DNA of 56,712 nucleotides from an uncultured Clostridia bacterium (GTDB lineage: Bacteria > Bacillota > Clostridia > Christensenellales > Borkfalkiaceae): the NCBI GenBank assembly GCA_944342055.1, contig CALVME010000102.1:1-56712 (forward strand), in the 5' to 3' direction. Within the stretch, counting starts at the first letter, position 1; each line of letters begins with the position of its first letter. Of this stretch, positions 28,240-35,221 are shown in pieces. A program made the translations under genes and the position numbers. The notes under the pieces were generated by a model. That model saw only the letters and a program-made list of their open reading frames with translations. It was not told where the DNA came from and did no database searches.

Positions 28240-28833
28240 ATGGCACGTCAGAAAGAAGAAAAGCTAAGGCAGGTTTTGGAATACATTCAGCATTATGTTG
28301 CTGAAAACGGATATCCGCCTTCGGTGCGCGAAGTGGGAAAGAGCGTAGGCATCAAATCCACCGCTACCGTCTATACTTACATTTCCGCTCTGCGAGATAA
28401 GGGCTTTTTGAACAAGGCAGATAACAAAAAGCGGGCGGTATCTCTTAAATCAAATGCCGTAAACATTCCTCTGATCGGTACCGTCACGGCGGGACAGCCG
28501 ATTTTTGCCTATGAAAATTACGAGGATTATTATTCGCTTCCGTCGGAAGAATTCGGCGGGGACGATCTTTTTATGCTTCGCGTGAGCGGTTCGAGCATGA
28601 TCGAAGCAGGAATTCTGAACGGAGATAAAATTATCGTGCATCGCCAGGAAAACGCAAACGACGGAGAGATCGTCGTCGCGCTGGTGGATGACAGCGCAAC
28701 CGTCAAACGCCTGTTCCGTCGGGACGGAAAAGTGATCCTGCATCCCGAAAACGAGACGATGTCGGACATGATTTTTGACGATGTCAAGATACTCGGCAAA
28801 GTCGTAGGACTTATGCGCAGTTTCCGAACCTGA
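28240..28833 (+). CDS. lexA: SOS repressor LexA
   Basis: ORF 28207 trimmed to ATG 28240 behind AAGGAG. Winged HTH (GYPPSVREVGKSVGIKSTATVYTYISAL), AG cleavage site (VTAGQP), catalytic Ser (VSGSSM) and Lys (ATVKRL). Confidence 0.9.
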   Translation: MARQKEEKLRQVLEYIQHYVAENGYPPSVREVGKSVGIKSTATVYTYISALRDKGFLNKADNKKRAVSLKSNAVNIPLIGTVTAGQPIFAYENYEDYYSLPSEEFGGDDLFMLRVSGSSMIEAGILNGDKIIVHRQENANDGEIVVALVDDSATVKRLFRRDGKVILHPENETMSDMIFDDVKILGKVVGLMRSFRT

Positions 28834-28846
28834 AATTTTATGACAG

Positions 28847-28887
28847 AAATGCTCGGTATGTTCGTCGGAACAGCCGAGCATTTTTTT
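28847..28887. terminator. terminator at the convergence of lexA and rluB
   Basis: AAATGCTCGG...CCGAGCATTT stem with a T7 run on the + strand. Confidence 0.7.
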
Positions 28888-28893
28888 CATGCG

Positions 28894-29601
28894 TCACAAG
28901 GTTTTCAAATAGAGAATTTCTTCGTTGGTCAGTTTTCTTACCGAACCTCGGTCGAGCCCGCGCAAGGTCAGCTCCCCAACTTTTACCCGTTTCAGGAAAT
29001 CGACGTTTTTGCCGATGGCTTCAAACATTTTGCGTATTTCCCTGTTTTTGCCTTCCGTGATGGTCAGAGATACTTTGGTGTAAGCCTTGTTAGTCTCCAC
29101 GATGTGCGCTTTGCACTTTTTTGTCAGTACACCCTTTTCGATCTCGATGCCTGAGCGGATGGGGTTCAGGTCTTGTTCCGTCAAAGTCCCCTCTATGCGT
29201 GCCGTGTAGGTTTTCGGAATTTCGTTGCTCGGGTGTGTGAGCCGAAAAGCCAGGTCGCCGTCGTCCGTCAGCAAAAGTAGCCCTTCCGTGTCGTAGTCCA
29301 GTCTTCCGATCGGGAACACCCTTCCCGCATCTGCGGGCAAAAGATCCATGACGGTTTTTCTCCCTTTGTCGTCGCTCACCGTACAGACATAGCCTTTCGG
29401 TTTGTTCATAAGGTAGTAAGCGTATTCCCTCTTCAAAGAAATCTGCTTGCCGTCCAGACAAACGGTGTCTTTGTCTTCGTTGACTTCATCTCCTGCTTTT
29501 GCGGCTTTGCCGTTGAGCGTCACGTGTCCTTCGGCTATGATTTCATCGCATTTGCGGCGGGAGGCGACCCCGCATTGCGCCAAATATTTGTTGATTCTCA
29601 T
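28894..29601 (-). CDS. rluB: pseudouridine synthase (RsuA/RluB family)
   Basis: N-terminal S4 domain (MRINKYLAQCGVASRRKCDEII) and catalytic motif GRLDYDTEGLLLLTDDG. Confidence 0.85.
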   Translation of the reverse strand: MRINKYLAQCGVASRRKCDEIIAEGHVTLNGKAAKAGDEVNEDKDTVCLDGKQISLKREYAYYLMNKPKGYVCTVSDDKGRKTVMDLLPADAGRVFPIGRLDYDTEGLLLLTDDGDLAFRLTHPSNEIPKTYTARIEGTLTEQDLNPIRSGIEIEKGVLTKKCKAHIVETNKAYTKVSLTITEGKNREIRKMFEAIGKNVDFLKRVKVGELTLRGLDRGSVRKLTNEEILYLKTL

Positions 29602-29798
29602 TTTTTGCGTTCCTTTTCTACATAGTACCCCAAAACGCGAAAAAAATCAACTGTTTGTTCAACTTGTTTTAAAATTAGAGAAAAGGCATTTGTTTTTTCC
29701 GACACAACTTGCGCTGCGACGGAAAAGACGTCGAAGGAAGGTTAAACGGAAAAAAACTATGCAAGAAAGATGTAGCGAATGAAAGAGAGCCGATTGTT

Positions 29799-30158
29799 TT
29801 ACGGTGAGATGAATTGTTGCAGGAGATCGCTCGCTTTTCCGACCAATTCGTCCACAGCATCGTCCGAGACGCGGAGCAGTCGGCATTCTTTGCCGTCGTC
29901 TACCAAAAAGGCGCAAGGTTTGAGGTTGACCACAGCGCCGGAAGCGCCGGCAAACGTGTGATCGTCTTTGAGCGTCTTGACCTCTCCGTATTCTCCCCCG
30001 CCCGACAAAAATCCCATACTGACTTTGGAAATGGGAATGAGGTGAAATCCGTTCGGAGTTTTGATCGGCTTTCCGATGATGGTATTGACGTCTACCAGGT
30101 CAGTGACCTGCCGCACGGAATTTTCGATCATTTTGTCTATTTTTTTATTTTCTGCCAT
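29799..30158 (-). CDS. ytfJ: sporulation protein YtfJ (GerW family)
   Basis: ORF trimmed to ATG 30158 behind AGGAGG. IIGKPIKTPNGFHLIPISKVSMGFLSGGGEYG...GASGAVVNLKPCAFLV is the typical YtfJ core. Confidence 0.8.
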   Translation of the reverse strand: MAENKKIDKMIENSVRQVTDLVDVNTIIGKPIKTPNGFHLIPISKVSMGFLSGGGEYGEVKTLKDDHTFAGASGAVVNLKPCAFLVDDGKECRLLRVSDDAVDELVGKASDLLQQFISP

Positions 30159-30679
30159 AAAAAACCTCCTAAATTTTTTGCGATCGCAATAAGGAACGAA
30201 AGCAGATTGCTCACGAGCGTTAGGCGAAACAGAATGCGAAATCTTGTTTCGTCGGAAACGAGCACGCAATTGTGTCGAAGTCTCAGAAACGAACGATTTC
30301 TGTGATAGAGCGCAAAGACCTCGTTTGCGGCGATATTGAAAAAAGCGCACAATCCGATGGCGGGAAACAGATTTTCGCCGCTGCCGATTTCAATGACCTG
30401 AAAAAAGGAGCGCGGCTGTACGGACGGAAACGCAGAGAGCATTTTTTCGGTGTCCTTGTAATTCTGATAAGGGAAAAAATGTTCTTTGTGTTTCTTGAGA
30501 CAGACGGTAACTCCCTTCCTCCCCGCTCTCGCATAACCGGACTTGAGCAAGAAATCAAACAGCCTGACGGCAAAACAAAATTTATTTTGTAAGATGTCTC
30601 CGTAAAAGTCGAGCGTCACCGAGAGAGGAAAAAACAGCAAGAAAAAACCTGCAAATACGGACATCGGAACGATATTCAC
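30137..30679 (-). CDS. ytfI: DUF2953 membrane protein (YtfI-like)
   Basis: Hydrophobic N-terminus, the position immediately upstream of ytfJ and a 22-nt overlap with it match the ytfI-ytfJ pair. The start (GTG 30679 or ATG 30664) is uncertain. Confidence 0.55.
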   Translation of the reverse strand: MNIVPMSVFAGFFLLFFPLSVTLDFYGDILQNKFCFAVRLFDFLLKSGYARAGRKGVTVCLKKHKEHFFPYQNYKDTEKMLSAFPSVQPRSFFQVIEIGSGENLFPAIGLCAFFNIAANEVFALYHRNRSFLRLRHNCVLVSDETRFRILFRLTLVSNLLSFLIAIAKNLGGFLWQKIKK

Positions 30680-30707
30680 AGTCCTAATATTTGCAGGTTA
30701 TGTAAAA

Positions 30708-31349
30708 TTATTCTCCGTCTATTTTGATCAGATCGTCGGCGCCCAGGTCTTTCAGAAAATCAGGAATTTCTTCCGTTTGTTCGGGGACATAATCTTCTTT
30801 GGCGTAGAGATAGGAATCTTCGTCCTCTTCGAGGCGAATGGATTGCATCAGCGTGTCGTAATCCGGTAAATCGTTCAAAGAATTTAATCGGAAACGTTTG
30901 AGAAAGTTGTCCGTTGTCGCGTATAAAACGGGTTTTCCGACGGCATCTTTTCTGCCGCACGGTTCGATCATCTGCAATTCGAGCAACGTCCTGATCGCGT
31001 AATCGCTGCTGACGCCTCTGATCGCTTCCAATTCCGTCCTCGTGATCGGTTGTTTGTAGGCGATGATCGCCGCACACTCGAGAATGGTCTTGGTAAATTC
31101 TTTCTCTTTGATCGGATTTAAAACGGCGGAGACGTAATCTTTGTAGATCGGGTTGGTGGAAAATTGCGCTTTGCCGTTAAATAATAGCAGAAGCTGCCCT
31201 GATTCGTCTCCGTGCTTTTTCTTCAATTCTTCTACGGCGGCATCTACTTCTTTTTTGGATACGCCGAGTTTCTCTGCGATCAAGGACAGCGGTACGGCGT
31301 TGCCGGAAGCAAATAAGATCGCCTCAATTATATTCGTCAAGTTGTTCAA
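30708..31349 (-). CDS. scpB: segregation and condensation protein B
   Basis: TTG start at 31349 with GGAGG 6 nt upstream, overlapping the scpA end. IIEAILFASGNAVPL... and ITRTELEAIRGVSSDYAIRTLLE are ScpB winged-helix blocks. Confidence 0.85.
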   Translation of the reverse strand: MNNLTNIIEAILFASGNAVPLSLIAEKLGVSKKEVDAAVEELKKKHGDESGQLLLLFNGKAQFSTNPIYKDYVSAVLNPIKEKEFTKTILECAAIIAYKQPITRTELEAIRGVSSDYAIRTLLELQMIEPCGRKDAVGKPVLYATTDNFLKRFRLNSLNDLPDYDTLMQSIRLEEDEDSYLYAKEDYVPEQTEEIPDFLKDLGADDLIKIDGE

Positions 31350-32115
31350 GATCTACCTCCGTCCGTTCAGGATTGAGCGTAATGATGATTTTATCGAAAT
31401 TGTTTTCCTGCGTCACGCACAGATATTGGTATTTTAAGAGCTCCAGCATCGCCTGAAACGTCGTGATCACCTCATTTTTAGAGTAGCCCGTGAACAGATC
31501 TTCAAATTCGATCTGCTTTTTTTCTTCGAGGGACTCTCTGATGAATGTAACTTTTTCCGCTACGGTATAGACGTCTTTCGGAATTTCTCTTACTTTGGAT
31601 TTTTCGCGCGCTTCCACTTCGTTTTTCAGCATGAGCCGCGTAAAGGCGTCGATGAGTCCGTCCAAAGTAAAATCCTTATAGACGACGTTTACCTTGCCCA
31701 CCGTTTTGTCAGGCGCTTTGAAAAAGTATCCGATCGTCTCCAATTTCTTCAGCTTTTCGCTCTCCTCTTTGAGCAGTTTGTATTCTTCCAGAGCCCGTAT
31801 GAGTTCCGCCTCGTCATCGACGGCGTCTTCCGGCTCCTCGTAAAGGTCTTCCTGAGGCACCAAACTTTTCGCCTTGATCGCAAGGATCGTCGCTACAATG
31901 TTCAGATATTCGCTCGCTTTGTCTACGTCAATGTACTGCAGTCCCTTCATATAATCGAGAAACTGTTCGGTCACCTTTGAGACAAAGACATCTTTGATTG
32001 CGATCTCCTCTTTGTTGATGAGAAATAAGAGCAAATCGAGCGGACCTTCAAATCCGTCCAATACCGTCGTATAATCGACGACGGATTCAAAATTGTCAGC
32101 GATGTTTTTAGTCAT
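31324..32115 (-). CDS. scpA: segregation and condensation protein A
   Basis: 263 aa with FEGPLDLLLFLINKEEIAIKDV, the ScpA kleisin N-terminal signature. Confidence 0.85.
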   Translation of the reverse strand: MTKNIADNFESVVDYTTVLDGFEGPLDLLLFLINKEEIAIKDVFVSKVTEQFLDYMKGLQYIDVDKASEYLNIVATILAIKAKSLVPQEDLYEEPEDAVDDEAELIRALEEYKLLKEESEKLKKLETIGYFFKAPDKTVGKVNVVYKDFTLDGLIDAFTRLMLKNEVEAREKSKVREIPKDVYTVAEKVTFIRESLEEKKQIEFEDLFTGYSKNEVITTFQAMLELLKYQYLCVTQENNFDKIIITLNPERTEVDLEQLDEYN

Positions 32116-32797
32116 AGATCAAACCGAATATCCGATCCCAAAAGAAAGTAATAGGCGCACCCAGAATGTTTTGTGCAAAAGTCATCAGGTAACCGAGCAC
32201 ATTGATCACGGAAAGCGCAGGAATGTACTCACAAATTAAATTCAAGAGAATGAGTCCGAGCAGAATGTAATAACCGTATTGACGGAAAAACTGAAAGACG
32301 CGCCCTTTACGCCTGTTCACGGCATCCACCAGACGAAAGCCGTCCAGCGGCGGTAGCGGAATCAGATTAAAGGCGCAGAAAGATAGATTGTAGCGAACGA
32401 GATAAAAAAGAAAGCAATAAAGCAGATAGAAAAATGCATTGTCGCTGAACGAGACGAAAACGTATCTTAAAAACAAAACGAAAAGCGGATAACCGATAAA
32501 CGCCAGCAGATAGTTCATGATCACGCCGGCGCTCGCGGTCAGAGCAAGCCCGCTGCGATATTTTTTAAAATTATAGGGATTGATCGGTACGGGTTTTGCC
32601 CAACCGAAGCCGACAAAGACAAATGCAAGAAGTCCGATTATGTCAAAATGCCGAAGCGGATTGACGGAAAGCCTTCCGCTGTATTTCGGCGTGTTGTCGC
32701 CGCACCTGACTGCAGCAAACGAATGTGCCCACTCGTGCAGCGTAAGAATGATGATGACGGCGAGAAAGATAGCCACATATTCCAATACTTTTTCCAT
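32108..32797 (-). CDS. site-2 protease family (M50) membrane metalloprotease
   Basis: HEWAHSF (HExxH) in the first TM helix, multiple TM helices, and a second metal-ligand region NLIPLPPLDG. Confidence 0.8.
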   Translation of the reverse strand: MEKVLEYVAIFLAVIIILTLHEWAHSFAAVRCGDNTPKYSGRLSVNPLRHFDIIGLLAFVFVGFGWAKPVPINPYNFKKYRSGLALTASAGVIMNYLLAFIGYPLFVLFLRYVFVSFSDNAFFYLLYCFLFYLVRYNLSFCAFNLIPLPPLDGFRLVDAVNRRKGRVFQFFRQYGYYILLGLILLNLICEYIPALSVINVLGYLMTFAQNILGAPITFFWDRIFGLIYD

Positions 32798-32803
32798 GCA
32801 GAC

Positions 32804-32832
32804 AGTATAGCATACTCGTCGGAAAAAAGCAA
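32804..32832 (-). promoter_or_regulatory. candidate sigma-A promoter abutting the M50 protease ATG
   Basis: Minus strand: TTGCTT (32832-32827), 17 nt, TGcTATACT (-10 at 32809-32804), then only GTCTGC before ATG 32797. No SD. Confidence 0.5.
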
Positions 32833-32851
32833 CTTTGCATTGCCGAGAAAG

Positions 32852-32886
32852 AAAAAATGTTGAAGGTTTCCCTTCAACATTTTTTG
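32852..32886 (-). terminator. intrinsic terminator after the DUF378 gene
   Basis: AAAAAATGTTGAAGG-TTTC-CCTTCAACATTTTTT, a perfect hairpin with U-runs in both directions. Confidence 0.85.
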
Positions 32887-33105
32887 TTATGCTTCGTCAG
32901 AACGCAAATAGATCGAGTGCCGAATGATCGCAGAGATGAGCAGCCAGATCGCAGAGAGCATCACCAAAATATAAATGATGGCAGGCACCACGCCGAAACC
33001 GCCGAAGATGGCCTCGACAAGATTCCAGCGGAATATGCCGACGAGACCCCAGTTCAGACCGCCGATCAGCAGGATGACAAAAGCAATGAAATTTGCTATG
33101 ACCAT
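32887..33105 (-). CDS. DUF378 small membrane protein
   Basis: ORF trimmed to ATG 33105 behind GGAGGA. IGGLNWGLVGIF...NLV is the DUF378 signature. Confidence 0.7.
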   Translation of the reverse strand: MVIANFIAFVILLIGGLNWGLVGIFRWNLVEAIFGGFGVVPAIIYILVMLSAIWLLISAIIRHSIYLRSDEA

Positions 33106-33169
33106 GGTTTCAATTCCTCCTCGTTGGTAGTATGTCCTATTTTGAAAAAACATACGCAAGAAAGAGAAG

Positions 33170-33958
33170 TCATGCAGCCTTTTTTTCGATGTATTTTACG
33201 AGTTCCGCGGAATTATTTTTGCTCCGCTCGACCATGGCTTGATATACCTCGTCGCGCAATTTTTTCTGACGTTCCCTTGCGGGCAGATTCTGATCGGGAT
33301 AGAATGGTCCGTCCACATAAATCGTTATTTTCGGCAATTGCCTGAGCAGAGAAAATTTTTTGCGTGAAAACGTCGTCGTACATGCATAGACGGGCGCGTT
33401 TTCTTTTACGGGGTAGCGGAACGATCGGTCGTCAAACGGACGAATGAAGGTGCAATACGGCCAGATATGCGCTTCCGGGTAGATATAGACGCATTCTTTT
33501 TTCTGGATCAGAGCAGAAATCGCTTCCAGGCATTGCTTGGTGTGCGCGTAATCGGGATAGAGCGGAAGAGAGCCCAACATATGAACGATCGTCCCCAGTC
33601 CTGTGATCGAAACAGAGTCCGGATGCGTCAGCAAATACGCTCGCTTGGGAAAAGATATGAGAGTCGGATGCAGCGCGTCGTATGCGGTCCCCGTATGGTT
33701 TCCGTAGCAAAAACACCCCTCTTTTTTTGCCTGGCGAAGCGCCTTTCTGTTTACAATTTTTGTGCGGTAAAATATTTTTCCGTACAAAAGAGACAGCGGC
33801 GTGGCGATCAACCGATAGAACAGAAAAGAACAGAATCTCCAAAGCGGATTTTTGGGGAGATATTCGAAGCGCTTGGAAGGCGGTTTCGTCTTGATATTCG
33901 TATTTGCAAAATCGTCGTTCAGCAAATCCGAATAGTAGATGACTCTTTGTTGTTTCAT
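33170..33958 (-). CDS. lysophospholipid acyltransferase-like protein (PlsC superfamily)
   Basis: ORF trimmed to ATG 33958, which overlaps the upstream stop (ATGA). GNHTGTAYD resembles the acyltransferase HX4D block but has one extra residue. IYPEAHIW resembles block III. Confidence 0.5.
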   Translation of the reverse strand: MKQQRVIYYSDLLNDDFANTNIKTKPPSKRFEYLPKNPLWRFCSFLFYRLIATPLSLLYGKIFYRTKIVNRKALRQAKKEGCFCYGNHTGTAYDALHPTLISFPKRAYLLTHPDSVSITGLGTIVHMLGSLPLYPDYAHTKQCLEAISALIQKKECVYIYPEAHIWPYCTFIRPFDDRSFRYPVKENAPVYACTTTFSRKKFSLLRQLPKITIYVDGPFYPDQNLPARERQKKLRDEVYQAMVERSKNNSAELVKYIEKKAA

Positions 33959-35088
33959 AGTTTGGACCCCGCCGCGGTTTCTAACATTTTTTCCATGCGG
34001 CGCATGCAGTCTTCCTGATCGAAACAGGATAACTTCGTCTTGTACTGCAGGCGATACGCCTCTCTGAGGTTGGGATGTTCGTACCAAAATTCAACGGCGC
34101 GAGTGAGGTCTTTCACGTCGTTTTTGGTAAATAAATTTTTTTCGTCGAGCGCAAAGGCTTTTGTCGCACTCATTTTCGAATCCGAAATAACGGGTATCAG
34201 TCCGCAGACGATCGCTTCGGTGCAAGAGATCGCTTCAATTTCCGCTACAGAAGTATGCACATACAGGTCTGCCGAGCGAAGGGTGCGGATAAGATCTCTG
34301 CGGTTGAAGAATTCAAAATGCGCATCGACGCCGAGTCGCTTCGCAAGACGCATCAGGCGTTTCTTTTTCGGACCTTCTCCTGCGAGGATCAGACGAATTT
34401 TATCCTTATATTTTGACTGCCCTACCGCTTTGATCACAATGTGCTGTGCCTTTTCTTTGCTGTACCGCCCCGAACAGACGACCGTAAATTTTCCTGACGA
34501 ACGGTTTTTCTCCGTCGGGTCAAAAAATTCACGATTGACGCCGTTTGATATGACGTATCCGTTTGTTTTTTGATTGACTTCCGTCTCAAACACATCGCGG
34601 ATAAATTGTGTCGGATAATGGACGGTAGCGCAGTGGCGATAGAGTTTTTGATAAAAATATTTATAGATCAGGTGATTCACCGGATGAAAATTCATCAGCC
34701 CGATGTGTGACGTGATGTTTTCCGCCTGGCAATGAAAACTTGCCGAGATGGGAATGTTGTATTCCATCGCAATTTTTGCCGCGGCAAGTCCCAAGGAAAA
34801 CGGCGTTTCAATTTGCACTACGTCTACTTCGCGGATGGCTTCGCGCAATACTTTTTCGTCCCTTTTGGCGACGGAGACGCCGTTATTTTCCAGAATTTTA
34901 TTGCAGACGACTCCGAGATCGCATACAGGTACAATATAATAACCGGGCATGTTTTCTTTATCTTTGTCACAGCAAACCACGCGCACATCATGTCCTGCAT
35001 TCTGCATATAGCGGATTAAATTCATCGCGGCTATGCTCGTCCCGTTGTTGGCTTTCCCCAATACGTCGCAGATAATTGCAATTTTCAT
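33955..35088 (-). CDS. GT-B glycosyltransferase (family 4-like), probable glycolipid synthase
   Basis: ORF trimmed to ATG 35088 behind GGAGGA. N-terminal MKIAIICDVLGKANNGTSIAA and a C-terminal E..G....EA-type block (SVAEIEAISCTEAIVCG). Confidence 0.7.
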   Translation of the reverse strand: MKIAIICDVLGKANNGTSIAAMNLIRYMQNAGHDVRVVCCDKDKENMPGYYIVPVCDLGVVCNKILENNGVSVAKRDEKVLREAIREVDVVQIETPFSLGLAAAKIAMEYNIPISASFHCQAENITSHIGLMNFHPVNHLIYKYFYQKLYRHCATVHYPTQFIRDVFETEVNQKTNGYVISNGVNREFFDPTEKNRSSGKFTVVCSGRYSKEKAQHIVIKAVGQSKYKDKIRLILAGEGPKKKRLMRLAKRLGVDAHFEFFNRRDLIRTLRSADLYVHTSVAEIEAISCTEAIVCGLIPVISDSKMSATKAFALDEKNLFTKNDVKDLTRAVEFWYEHPNLREAYRLQYKTKLSCFDQEDCMRRMEKMLETAAGSKL

Positions 35089-35124
35089 GATTCCTCCAAA
35101 GAAAATATCATATGTTTTTATTAC

Positions 35125-35153
35125 ATTATAACATGCAATCATGAAAAATGCAA
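35125..35153 (-). promoter_or_regulatory. candidate sigma-A promoter of the GT4-acyltransferase pair
   Basis: Minus strand: TTGCAT, 17 nt, TGtTATAAT, 36 nt upstream of ATG 35088. Confidence 0.55.
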
Positions 35154-35221
35154 GAAAACTGCGTTAATTTTATGATACAATTTTTTGATTCAGACGGGAA
35201 GCGCAGCCGTTCGCGTAAAAG

